Part shown: piece after piece, positions 41,427 through 52,531 of the stretch
Layout of the letters: every line of letters starts with the position of its first letter
Position numbering within the stretch: position 1 is the first letter of the stretch
Assembly: GCA_051546255.1 (NCBI GenBank)
Contig: CP128817.1
Span: forward strand, 1,054,001-1,118,000
Source: Meyerozyma guilliermondii
Taxonomy: Eukaryota
Direction of reading: 5' to 3'
DNA: 64,000 nt
Translations under genes and position numbers: made by a program
Notes under the pieces: model-generated
The model's database searches: none
Told to the model about the DNA's origin: nothing
Seen by the model: the letters and a program-made list of their open reading frames with translations, nothing else

Positions 41427-41539
41427 GGAGAATGAAACCGCCAGACTGCATGTAAATTTGAGTTTTTCGATTTTGGCGCGGGGGGGGGGTTTCTGCAGGA
41501 CACCTCACAAGTCGATATTCATCCTCACGTTACGCCACC

Positions 41540-42337
41540 ATGCCTGGCCTCAGCTTTGACAACTATCAGCGGAACCAGTTTCTTGCCGCGAAAGGTTTTG
41601 GAACGCCCCGCGCAACGTCTACAGGTACCACGATTGTGGGATGCAAATTTGCTGGAGGAGTGGTGATTGCGGCCGATACTAGAGCCACTGCCGGTAGCAT
41701 TGTTGCCGACAAAAACTGTGAAAAATTGCATCGTTTGGCACCCCAGATCTGGTGTGCGGGAGCAGGTACTGCTGCAGATACCGAGATGGTGACTCAATTG
41801 ATAGCATCGAACTTGGAGCTTCATTCGTTATCTCAGAACCGCAAGCCGCGAGTCATTACTGCTTTGACAATGTTGAAGCAACATCTTTTCAAATACCAGG
41901 GTCACTTGGGAGCATACCTTATTGTAGCGGGAGTGGATCCCACCGGAGCACATCTTATGTCGGTCCAGGCACACGGATCGACGGATATAGGTCAATACCA
42001 ATCGTTGGGATCGGGTTCGTTGGCTGCGATGGCCGTTCTTGAAACCCACTGGAAACCAGATATGACCAAGGAAGAAGCGGTGCAGTTGTGTGCCCAGGCC
42101 ATTGAGCTGGGTATTTGGAACGATTTGGGATCGGGATCCAATGTAGATGTGTGTGTGATGGAGGTAGGCAAAGATGCCGAGTTGTACCGCAACTACAAGA
42201 CTCCCAATGTGCGTGAGTCGAAAACGAGATCCTACAAGTTCCCTCGCGGGACTACGGCTGTTCTCAAGGAGAGATCGTGGCAGGTGGTTGACGAGCAGGT
42301 GGTTGCTTTGGGAGAACCAATGGAGGTGGATGCTTAG
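41540..42337 (+). CDS. PUP1: 20S proteasome beta-2 subunit
   Basis: MPGLSFDNYQRN propeptide, TSTG/TTIVG processing site, CAGAGTAADT, GIWNDLGSGSNVD. Confidence 0.97.
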   Translation: MPGLSFDNYQRNQFLAAKGFGTPRATSTGTTIVGCKFAGGVVIAADTRATAGSIVADKNCEKLHRLAPQIWCAGAGTAADTEMVTQLIASNLELHSLSQNRKPRVITALTMLKQHLFKYQGHLGAYLIVAGVDPTGAHLMSVQAHGSTDIGQYQSLGSGSLAAMAVLETHWKPDMTKEEAVQLCAQAIELGIWNDLGSGSNVDVCVMEVGKDAELYRNYKTPNVRESKTRSYKFPRGTTAVLKERSWQVVDEQVVALGEPMEVDA

Positions 42338-42440
42338 GTAGATAATGCAATGATGTAAATTCGCGACTTTAAAGTAAATTCTAGAAAAGTGCAAAAAGTG
42401 CATAAAGTGCATAAAAGAAAAGGTAAAAACCAAAATCGTT

Positions 42441-43490
42441 ATGGTCGTTAACAATCCAAACAACTGGCACTGGGTCGATAAAAACTGTCTCGAGTGGTCT
42501 CGTGGCTACTTTGCCTCCAAAACCAATGGTTTGAGTGCATCCAATGACAATGGAAATATTGCCGTTTCAGCGGTTTCTTCTGTGGAGGGAGACTGTGATG
42601 TTTCCCAGAGAAAAGGAAAGGTTATATCTCTTTTTGACCTTAAATTGGTGTTTGCTATTGCTGGTTTCACTGCCGAGGATGATGAGGTTTCTGGCTCGAT
42701 AACAGTTCCAGAATTGGCTTACGATTCCGACGCCGACGACATCCAGTTTGAAGTGAGCATCTACAACGAAACAGCAGAACACGAGGGGATTCGCCAGTTG
42801 ATTAAAAAGGAACTTCTTCCCAAATTACGTGAAAAATTGGCTCAATTCGGTTCTGACTTGATCACAGAACACAGTTCAGATATCCAATTGTCGCAGGACC
42901 AAGTCAGCCTGGAGTTCACCAAGGCTAACCAGACTCTGAAGAGCACAGGTAAGGCTACTGGTAAGACTGGAAGCTCAGGTTCGGGAGCTGCTGGAGCTGG
43001 TTCTGGTTCTGGTTCTGGTTCTACTTCAGCTTCAGCTTCAAAACCTCAAACCGAAACCAAGTCTTCTGTGCCAAAGTACAACACATCTACACTCCACTTG
43101 GAACCCGAGTTCAATACTCTGGCCGAGCAGCTTTACATTACACTTTTGGACCAGGCTCGTATTGCAGCATGGTCAAGGGCTGCCCCCAATCTTGAACCAT
43201 TTCCGCCTAGCGAAGGGTCTGACTTTTCGTTATTTGGCGGCTCAATTAGTGGAAAATTCACCAAACTCGTACCCAATGAACGCATCACTCAGCTATGGCG
43301 CTTACTGGACTGGAAAGATGGCCATTATGCCCAATTGGATATTCAATTGAAGCAGGGTTCAGGTGAAACGAAAATGGTAGTTAAATGGACTGGAATTCCT
43401 ATAGGAGAGGAGGATAGAGTGAGAAACAATTTTGAGGATTACTACGTGCGGTCGATTAAAATCACGTTTGGATTTGGAGCCGTGTTATAG
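42441..43490 (+). CDS. AHA1: Hsp90 co-chaperone Aha1
   Basis: MVVNNPNNWHWVDKNC, RKGKVISLFD, C-terminal YYVRSIKITFGFGAVL; Gly/Ser linker encoded by (GGTTCT)n. Confidence 0.96.
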   Translation: MVVNNPNNWHWVDKNCLEWSRGYFASKTNGLSASNDNGNIAVSAVSSVEGDCDVSQRKGKVISLFDLKLVFAIAGFTAEDDEVSGSITVPELAYDSDADDIQFEVSIYNETAEHEGIRQLIKKELLPKLREKLAQFGSDLITEHSSDIQLSQDQVSLEFTKANQTLKSTGKATGKTGSSGSGAAGAGSGSGSGSTSASASKPQTETKSSVPKYNTSTLHLEPEFNTLAEQLYITLLDQARIAAWSRAAPNLEPFPPSEGSDFSLFGGSISGKFTKLVPNERITQLWRLLDWKDGHYAQLDIQLKQGSGETKMVVKWTGIPIGEEDRVRNNFEDYYVRSIKITFGFGAVL

Positions 43491-43869
43491 ATCTGAGAAA
43501 TGAAAAATTTCGTATTTGTAATCGCGCATGGAATTGTTTACCGTATTAGGTGAGGATTTCCATCGCCCGCGCTAATTAGTTTGCTACGTTGCTGTGAGTT
43601 TATAAAGCAGTGCAAGTGCATTGATAGCAATCGATATGTCTGATACCACTGGAAAAGTAAGTTGTGGCGATATATACTCGTGCGGTCGATTAAAATCACG
43701 TTTGGATTTGGAGCCGTGTTATAGATCTGAGAAATGAAAAATTTCGTATTTGTAATCGCGCATGGAATTGTTTACCGTATTAGGTGAGGATTTCCATCGC
43801 CCGCGCTAATTAGTTTGCTACGTTGCTGTGAGTATATAAAGCAGTGCAAGTGCATTGATAGCAATCGAT

Positions 43870-45164
<1,295 letters not shown>

Positions 45165-45736
45165 AGCCAGCAGCCAGCACCAAGGTCTAGTGTTCGATCG
45201 GCACGGATGTAGCCAGGTGCTGGGCGCAGGCACTGGAGATTGGACAAAGGGAAAGGTGAGGTGAAGGTAGGTGAAGGTGAGGCTCGGAGTTGGTTCGGAG
45301 TTCGGACTTTATGAGGAAGGTGAGACTGAGGGTATCATCTGAAACCACGAAACCGAAACTACAAAACCAAAACTACAAAATCAAAAACAAAACAGCAAAA
45401 TTACAAACTACAGTACTTATTTAGTTTTTTCGCTTCAATTTGATCTCGCTCGATTGACCGAATCTTCTTCGCACCGAACTCTCAATCTATAAACTACAGT
45501 AAATAGACACACTTTTCGCCCCTACGATCAATTATTTTTGTTGTTGCTGTTACTACCATATCTCTACACTTTCCAACCAACCCGTTGTTGTCAAATCACC
45601 ACTTTTTTCTCTTCAGGGTAGCCGCCGCACCGGACCCGACGGAGTCGGAGTATGGCAGTCGCTGATTGGCCGAGGCCGAATCATCCCTCAATTTTCACTA
45701 AATTTCGCACACACCACTAAAAAAAAACTCTTACCC

Positions 45737-46834
45737 ATGTTTAGACAAGTAACCAAAAGAGGATTCCAGGTTCCTCGCTTGACCAGAAGCTACATTGCCG
45801 GTCAGTTCACTGGCCAGAAGAAGGCTAATGGAAAATACACCGTCACGTTGATTGAAGGTGATGGAATCGGAGTGGAAATTTCTCAATCGGTTAAAGACAT
45901 TTATGCTGCTGCTGACATTCCCATCGAATGGGAACCGGTCGACGTGACTCCTCTCTTGATCGACGGCAAGACCACATTGCCCCAGCCTGCCATTGACTCG
46001 GTTAACCGTAACTTGGTGGCATTGAAAGGTCCTTTGGCTACTCCCGTCGGTAAGGGCCACACATCAATGAACTTGACTTTGAGAAGAACTTTCAACTTGT
46101 TTGCCAACGTTCGTCCTTGTAAGTCCATTGTCGGATACGACACTCCATACGAAAACGTGGACACCGTGTTGATCAGAGAAAACACCGAAGGTGAATATTC
46201 GGGAATAGAACATACCATTGTTCCCGGCGTGGTTCAATCGATCAAATTGATCACCAAGCCAGCGTCTGAAAAGGTGATCAGATACGCCTTCGAGTACGCC
46301 AAGAGCATCAACAAGCCTCATGTGTTGGTGGTGCACAAGGCTTCTATCATGAAATTGAGTGATGGTTTGTTCGTTTCCACCGCCAAGGAAATTGGTAAGG
46401 AATACCCCGATGTCAAGTTGGACTACGAGTTGTTGGATAACACCTCGTTGAAGTTGACTGCTGACCCAAGTGACTACAAAGACGTGGTGATGGTTATGCC
46501 TAACCTTTATGGTGATATCATGTCCGATTTGTCTTCGGGTTTGATTGGTGGTTTGGGATTGACTCCTTCCGGAAACATGGGTAACAAGGTTTCTATTTTC
46601 GAAGCCGTGCATGGCTCTGCCCCTGACATTGCTGGAAAGGGCTTGGCTAACCCCACTGCGTTGTTGCTTTCATCTTGTATGATGTTGAGACACATGTCTT
46701 TGAACGCCGAAGCCGACAGAATCGAGAGTGCCGTTCTTAAAACCATTGCTTCCGGCCCTGAAAACAGAACCGGTGATTTGGGTGGATCTTCCAGCACCTC
46801 CAACTTTACCAAGCAAGTGATTGCCAATTTGTAG
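45737..46834 (+). CDS. IDH2: NAD-dependent isocitrate dehydrogenase subunit 2, mitochondrial
   Basis: GKYTVTLIEGDGIG, SMNLTLRRTFNLFANVRP, NLYGDIMSDLSSGLIGGLGLTPSGN, EAVHGSAPDIAG. Confidence 0.94.
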   Translation: MFRQVTKRGFQVPRLTRSYIAGQFTGQKKANGKYTVTLIEGDGIGVEISQSVKDIYAAADIPIEWEPVDVTPLLIDGKTTLPQPAIDSVNRNLVALKGPLATPVGKGHTSMNLTLRRTFNLFANVRPCKSIVGYDTPYENVDTVLIRENTEGEYSGIEHTIVPGVVQSIKLITKPASEKVIRYAFEYAKSINKPHVLVVHKASIMKLSDGLFVSTAKEIGKEYPDVKLDYELLDNTSLKLTADPSDYKDVVMVMPNLYGDIMSDLSSGLIGGLGLTPSGNMGNKVSIFEAVHGSAPDIAGKGLANPTALLLSSCMMLRHMSLNAEADRIESAVLKTIASGPENRTGDLGGSSSTSNFTKQVIANL

Positions 46835-46915
46835 GTAGGTAGAATAATTCATGAGACAGAGTGGTGTGTAATTCTTTTGATCTAGGTTTCTGGCTAGCTA
46901 GTCTTTATCCTTCGG

Positions 46916-47548
46916 TTATATACTCTCCAACACCTTGTTCGTGCCCTCCACTATGGCCACATGCTCCACCTCATGAACCTTGGTTTCGTACTCTTCGAGA
47001 CTCTTGTGTGGACTCAATTCAATTTCCTTAACGAGAACTGGGGCTCCACGATCCACTTCGGCAATTACTCGATGAATCATTACTCCACCTTTAGTAATTG
47101 TTCCTTCTTGTCCTGCATTCCATGTTCTTTCAATGGCATGAGTACCGTCAAAAGCTCCGGGCAAAGCAGGATGTAAGTTGATTATAGGGATGCCAGCTTG
47201 TTCGAGAGGAGTCAAAATTCCAGGTGACAATATTAACATCCATCCAGCACAAACCACCAAGTCGGGATGTATACCAATAATTTTGTGTGCTAAATCCTCA
47301 TTGAACTTTTCCCTCAATACTCGACGCTCCTCCACCTGATCTTTAGTTGTTCCTTTGTAGTAATTTTTCAAACAATGTGATTGAAAAGGAATCGATGCCT
47401 CGGCGGCCCGAGTGAGTCCATACGCTTTGTCATTCGACGATATGACATGAGCTATCTCACCCTTTAACACTCCTTGCTTCTGAGCATCTATAAGTGCCTG
47501 GAGATTGGAACCAGATCCAGAAATCAATACTAATATCTGGGGAGCCAT
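46916..47548 (-). CDS. ADE8: Phosphoribosylglycinamide formyltransferase; 210 aa
   Basis: VLISGSGSNLQALID, DLVVCAGWMLIL, INLHPALPGAFDG, MIHRVIAEVDRG; first ATG at 47548. Confidence 0.96.
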   Translation of the reverse strand: MAPQILVLISGSGSNLQALIDAQKQGVLKGEIAHVISSNDKAYGLTRAAEASIPFQSHCLKNYYKGTTKDQVEERRVLREKFNEDLAHKIIGIHPDLVVCAGWMLILSPGILTPLEQAGIPIINLHPALPGAFDGTHAIERTWNAGQEGTITKGGVMIHRVIAEVDRGAPVLVKEIELSPHKSLEEYETKVHEVEHVAIVEGTNKVLESI

Positions 47549-47900
47549 TGCAAAGTGACTCGGACATCTTCTCTCATATATTGAAATACATCCGTACACC
47601 AAAGACTGACATCAAACAAGGAAGACACAACGAGTGAAACCAAAGCAAAATCAAATAGACGTCAAGTAATGTTTCAGGTGGCGGTCACTTTAACTGGTAA
47701 CTCTTCTTGATTGGATAGCCTTTGTTAGTGGTTTTCAATTTTACATGACTGCAAAATGTCAGTGACTCTTTTAGTTGTACTTGCCATACACCATCCAATT
47801 AGAAAGTACATGTACCTTCACTGAAACATCAGTACTAACATTGTCCCAATCATAACTCCTTGTTCAACCAAAGAAGCAACTCCAGGAACGGCTGCAACCT

Positions 47901-47943
47901 CCGGGTAATAGCGTAACATCGTGGCCGGTCCAAAGATTACCCG
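47901..47943. promoter_or_regulatory. Two Reb1-type sites in the ADE8/EF-2 divergent promoter
   Basis: CCGGGTAA at 47901-47908 and TTACCCG at 47937-47943, followed by a GAAAATTTTTTT (RRPE-like) tract. Confidence 0.45.
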
Positions 47944-48030
47944 CACCAGGCTCAGGAAAATTTTTTTCTCACTTAGTAAGTCTCCTGAAGTGTTCAATTA
48001 GACTTCTTCTTAAGTTCAAGTCTAGTCAAG

Positions 48031-50559
48031 ATGGTCGCCTTCACAATTGAACAGATCCGTGATTTGATGGACAAAGTCGCCAATGTGCGTAACATGTCCG
48101 TCATTGCTCACGTCGATCACGGTAAATCCACTTTGACCGATTCGTTGGTCCAAAGAGCCGGTATTATTTCCGCCGGTAAAGCTGGTGAAGCCAGATTTAT
48201 GGACACCAGAAAAGATGAACAAGAGAGAGGTATTACTATCAAGTCCACTGCCATTTCTTTGTACGCCTCCATGGATGATGATGACGTTAAGGAAATCAAG
48301 CAAAAGACCGATGGTAACTCTTTCTTGATTAACTTGATTGACTCCCCCGGTCACGTTGACTTTTCTTCTGAAGTCACCGCTGCTTTGCGTGTGACCGATG
48401 GTGCTTTGGTTGTCGTTGACACTGTTGAAGGTGTGTGTGTGCAAACCGAGACTGTGTTGCGTCAAGCTTTGGGTGAGAGAATTAAGCCAGTTTTGGTTGT
48501 GAACAAGGTTGATCGTGCTTTGTTGGAATTGCAAGTTTCCAAGGAAGACTTGTACCAAACCTTTGCTAGAACCGTCGAATCCGTTAACGTTATCATCTCT
48601 ACCTACGTTGACCCTGCTCTTGGTGACGCCCAAGTTTACCCAGACAAGGGTACCGTTGCTTTCGGTTCCGGTTTGCACGGATGGGCTTTCACCGTCAGAC
48701 AATTTGCTCTTAGATACTCCAAGAAGTTTGGTGTTGACAGAGCTAAGATGATGGAAAGATTGTGGGGTGACTCTTTCTTCAACCCAAAGACCAAGAAGTG
48801 GACTAACAAGGATAAGGATGCCGATGGAAAGCCATTGGAGAGAGCTTTCAACATGTTCGTGTTGGACCCTATCTTCAGATTGTTCGCTGCCATCATGAAC
48901 TTCAAGAAGGATGAAATCCCAACCTTGTTGGAAAAGTTGGAAATTAACTTGAAGAACGAGGAGAAGGAATTGGAAGGTAAGGCTTTGTTGAAGGTTGTCA
49001 TGAGAAAGTTCTTGCCAGCTGCCGATGCCTTGTTGGAAATGATTGTTCTTCACTTGCCATCCCCTGTCACTGCTCAAGCTTACAGAGCTGAGACTTTGTA
49101 CGAAGGTCCATCTGACGATGAGTTCTGTACTGCCATCAGAAACTGTGACCCCAAGGCCGACTTGATGTTGTACGTCTCCAAGATGGTGCCAACCTCCGAT
49201 AAGGGTAGATTCTACGCCTTTGGTCGTGTTTTCGCTGGTACCGTTAAGGCTGGTCAAAAGATTAGAATTCAAGGTCCTAACTACACCCCAGGTAAGAAGG
49301 AAGATTTGTTCTTGAAGTCTATTCAAAGAACCGTTTTGATGATGGGAAGAAACACCGAAGCTATCGATGACTGTCCTGCTGGTAACATTGTTGGTTTGGT
49401 TGGTGTTGACCAATTCTTGTTGAAGTCTGGTACCATCACCACTAACGAGGCTGCTCACAACATGAAGGTTATGAAGTTCTCTGTCTCCCCAGTTGTGGAG
49501 GTTGCCGTCGAGGTTAAGAACGCCAATGACTTGCCCAAGTTGGTTGAAGGTTTGAAGAGATTGTCCAAGTCCGACCCATGTGTTAAGACTTACATGTCCG
49601 AATCCGGTGAGCATATTGTTGCCGGTACTGGTGAATTGCACTTGGAAATTTGTTTGTCTGATTTGCAAAATGACCACGCCGGTATTCCATTGAGAATTTC
49701 CGACCCCGTGGTTGCTTACAGAGAGACCATTCAAGCCGAATCTTCTATGGTTGCTTTGTCCAAGTCCCCTAACAAGCATAACAGAATCTACGTCAAGGCT
49801 CAACCTATCGACGAGGAAGTTTCCTTGGACATTGAGAATGGTATCATCAACCCAAGAGACGATTTCAAGGCTAGAGCCAGAATCTTGGCTGATAAGCACG
49901 GATGGGATGTTGCTGAGGCCAGAAAGATCTGGTGTTTCGGTCCCGATGGTAACGGTCCTAACTTGGTTGTTGACCAAACCAAGGCCGTCCAATACTTGAA
50001 TGAAATCAAGGATTCCGTTGTTGCTGCTTTCCAATGGGCTACCAAGGAAGGTCCTATCTTTGGTGAGAACGTCAGATCTGTTAGAGTTAACATTTTGGAT
50101 GTTACCTTGCACGCTGATGCTATTCACAGAGGTGGTGGTCAAATCATTCCAACCATGAGAAGAGTTACTTACGCTTCCATGTTGTTGGCTGAGCCAGCTA
50201 TCCAAGAACCAGTTTTCTTGGTTGAGATCCAATGTCCTGAAAATGCCATTGGTGGTATCTACTCTGTGTTGAACAAGAAGAGAGGTCAAGTTGTGTCTGA
50301 AGAACAAAGACCAGGTACCCCATTGTTCACTGTTAAAGCATACTTGCCTGTTAACGAGTCTTTCGGTTTCTCTGGTGACTTGAGACAAGCTACTGGTGGT
50401 CAAGCTTTCCCTCAATTGGTGTTCGATCACTGGGCCGTCTTGAGTGGTGATGTCACTGACCCAACCTCGAAGCCAGGTATTATTGCCAAGGCCAAGAGAG
50501 AACGTCAAGGTTTGAAGCCTGAAGTTCCTGGTTACGAGGAGTACTACGACAAGTTGTAA
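48031..50559 (+). CDS. EFT2: Translation elongation factor 2
   Basis: [33 protein letters not shown], diphthamide loop [12 protein letters not shown]; strong codon bias. Confidence 0.99.
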   Translation: MVAFTIEQIRDLMDKVANVRNMSVIAHVDHGKSTLTDSLVQRAGIISAGKAGEARFMDTRKDEQERGITIKSTAISLYASMDDDDVKEIKQKTDGNSFLINLIDSPGHVDFSSEVTAALRVTDGALVVVDTVEGVCVQTETVLRQALGERIKPVLVVNKVDRALLELQVSKEDLYQTFARTVESVNVIISTYVDPALGDAQVYPDKGTVAFGSGLHGWAFTVRQFALRYSKKFGVDRAKMMERLWGDSFFNPKTKKWTNKDKDADGKPLERAFNMFVLDPIFRLFAAIMNFKKDEIPTLLEKLEINLKNEEKELEGKALLKVVMRKFLPAADALLEMIVLHLPSPVTAQAYRAETLYEGPSDDEFCTAIRNCDPKADLMLYVSKMVPTSDKGRFYAFGRVFAGTVKAGQKIRIQGPNYTPGKKEDLFLKSIQRTVLMMGRNTEAIDDCPAGNIVGLVGVDQFLLKSGTITTNEAAHNMKVMKFSVSPVVEVAVEVKNANDLPKLVEGLKRLSKSDPCVKTYMSESGEHIVAGTGELHLEICLSDLQNDHAGIPLRISDPVVAYRETIQAESSMVALSKSPNKHNRIYVKAQPIDEEVSLDIENGIINPRDDFKARARILADKHGWDVAEARKIWCFGPDGNGPNLVVDQTKAVQYLNEIKDSVVAAFQWATKEGPIFGENVRSVRVNILDVTLHADAIHRGGGQIIPTMRRVTYASMLLAEPAIQEPVFLVEIQCPENAIGGIYSVLNKKRGQVVSEEQRPGTPLFTVKAYLPVNESFGFSGDLRQATGGQAFPQLVFDHWAVLSGDVTDPTSKPGIIAKAKRERQGLKPEVPGYEEYYDKL

Positions 50560-51175
50560 GCTGTATAGTGAAATAATAAGATACTTTTAAAAATAGTGTA
50601 TTCAAATATGCACGGTCGCCGAATCTGCATAATAATTTCTGCAGGGTGTGAAACAGAATGTTCCAGATTAACGTTGACCTTTTAGCTGAAAATCTGAGAC
50701 ATTGCAAAAGATCCACTGGCTATCAAGCTACTAGCTATTGATTTGAATTATTTGTTTCATACCCTCGGAATAAGCATGGTTGCAAAGATTCCGGGGGTGC
50801 AAGATCGGATTGTAACTTCCGACAAACCCGAAACGGAAGTCTAAGTGGTCATGACACCCAAACACCGCATCGGAGCTGCCGGTTACAAATGGTATATATT
50901 ACTAACGGCCCATCTTTTCGCCGTTGCAACTGGTTTCTTATAGCTCATTGAAAATTTAATAATTGGAGAGTTCCCCATTTTCCACTGCCATAATACGAGA
51001 CAGAGAGTCTCGTTCAAACTTCTTGATACCATTGATTTTCGTTCCCGGAACGAGTAGCCATCCCGGCCCGTCGTTTAGTCCTTCTTTAGGCGTTCAAAAA
51101 GCGACTTTCAAAAAAAGACACAAGATTCGAAACTCGAGGCAATTGTAACATACCGTCATATCCATAATATCCATA

Positions 51176-52279
51176 ATGTCTGACATAAAAACGTTTGAGG
51201 TCGAAACTGCCTCTCGTAACCACACCTACCAAATCGCTCTGATTTTACTTTCAATGGCTGCCGTTTCCTGGTATCACTATCGAGTTAGAAAGCATTCCAA
51301 CAGGGCTGCATTTGCCAAGTTTGCATGCGGGGCATCGGCAATGGCATTGTGGAACGTTTTGCAAACTATGCTTTGTAGCCAGGTGCTATTTTCTGTGGCC
51401 ACTATGGTACGTTATAAAAAAGTTATCGATGACGAAGGACCCAAGGTACCGTGGACGTATAGCTCATCACTCCACAATGACGACGTCAAATCCAAGATCA
51501 ACTACTTTTGTTTGTTGAAGGATTTGAGAATGACTGTGGTGTCGGTGATATCGGTAGCATGTTTCTATTTCCTCACGAGAACCGGGGTCAAGCATTTGCG
51601 GGAGCACTCAGAAGAAGTCAGCGAAAAGGAGGAAAGGGAGTATGAGCAGCAATTTGAAAAAAGTGAGAGAATCAGCAAGAGAGCATTGATCGCAACTCTG
51701 ATATTAGTATTGGTTCTCAGCACTCAATTTATTCCCGCGGGCTTGTTGCTCTCGTCATCATCTATTCTTTACGAATCCGAATGGTTCGTATTGCGCTACG
51801 ACCATATCTATTTCACCATGTTTGCCATGTTTGCCTTGGTGAACTGTCGCATAATATACCGCTGGATGAAAAGAAAGTCGAGTTTGTTTTTCAAGGGAGC
51901 CTTGATGGTACCTCTTGGATTTATCTGGACCTATTGCAGCTGCATTCTCTTCGTTGCTTTGGCTGCAATGATTCTTTTTAACGACACTTTGGTGAATATT
52001 TGCACCCTCAAGTTCATTGCGAATGATATGCACGAAAACTATCAGGTAACTCTGCAGGAACACCTCTACAAAATATCCACATTCAGCTCGTTTGTGTTAG
52101 CATACATGTCGCATACCGCGGGTCCGCAAGACTCGTTCACCAAAGATTTTACGGGAATCAGAGATATTTTTGAAAATAGCTGGCTTGTACTCAACATGGC
52201 GTACTTGGTGGTATTGCCATGGTTACTTTTTGTGGTGGTGGACCATCGCTACAGTACCCAAAGAAAGCATATAGTGTAA
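51176..52279 (+). CDS. Multi-pass membrane protein of unknown function; 367 aa
   Basis: ATG-initiated ORF with roughly 7-8 hydrophobic segments; no motif recognised. Confidence 0.7.
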   Translation: MSDIKTFEVETASRNHTYQIALILLSMAAVSWYHYRVRKHSNRAAFAKFACGASAMALWNVLQTMLCSQVLFSVATMVRYKKVIDDEGPKVPWTYSSSLHNDDVKSKINYFCLLKDLRMTVVSVISVACFYFLTRTGVKHLREHSEEVSEKEEREYEQQFEKSERISKRALIATLILVLVLSTQFIPAGLLLSSSSILYESEWFVLRYDHIYFTMFAMFALVNCRIIYRWMKRKSSLFFKGALMVPLGFIWTYCSCILFVALAAMILFNDTLVNICTLKFIANDMHENYQVTLQEHLYKISTFSSFVLAYMSHTAGPQDSFTKDFTGIRDIFENSWLVLNMAYLVVLPWLLFVVVDHRYSTQRKHIV

Positions 52280-52443
52280 ATAAGAGAAACAGCTTTCGAA
52301 ATGTATGACTAAGTTATGCAGTTGTATTTCCTTGAGTCAGTTTGAAGGTATTTTTCAACCATTTTTCAGCCATTTTCGCTTCGCGATCTTTCACTCTTTC
52401 TATTTTCCCCAGATCTCGCAAATGCCTTCCCGATCGGGACTAC

Positions 52444-52491
52444 GATAAGGGAAATTATATCCAGGTTTGGTGATAAGTTCCCTGGGTTATC
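52444..52491. promoter_or_regulatory. Clustered GATA sites (nitrogen catabolite repression type) upstream of amine oxidase
   Basis: GATAAG at 52444 and 52472, TTATC at 52487. Confidence 0.5.
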
Positions 52492-52531
52492 ATCACTATA
52501 AATTAGATTGATCAGCTACTCTTTCTGCATC

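Noticed and set aside
47690..47920. Splice-like signals (TACTAAC at 47833 on +; GTATGG...CACTAAC-AAAG on -) and a 33-codon minus-strand ORF between ADE8 and EF-2
   Set aside because: Could not assemble a recognisable spliced coding sequence; a UTR intron cannot be supported without transcript data.
48022..50508. 828-aa antisense ORF spanning EF-2
   Set aside because: Codon-aligned mirror of a strongly biased gene: avoiding TTA/CTA/TCA codons removes antisense stops. No ATG start and no protein motif.
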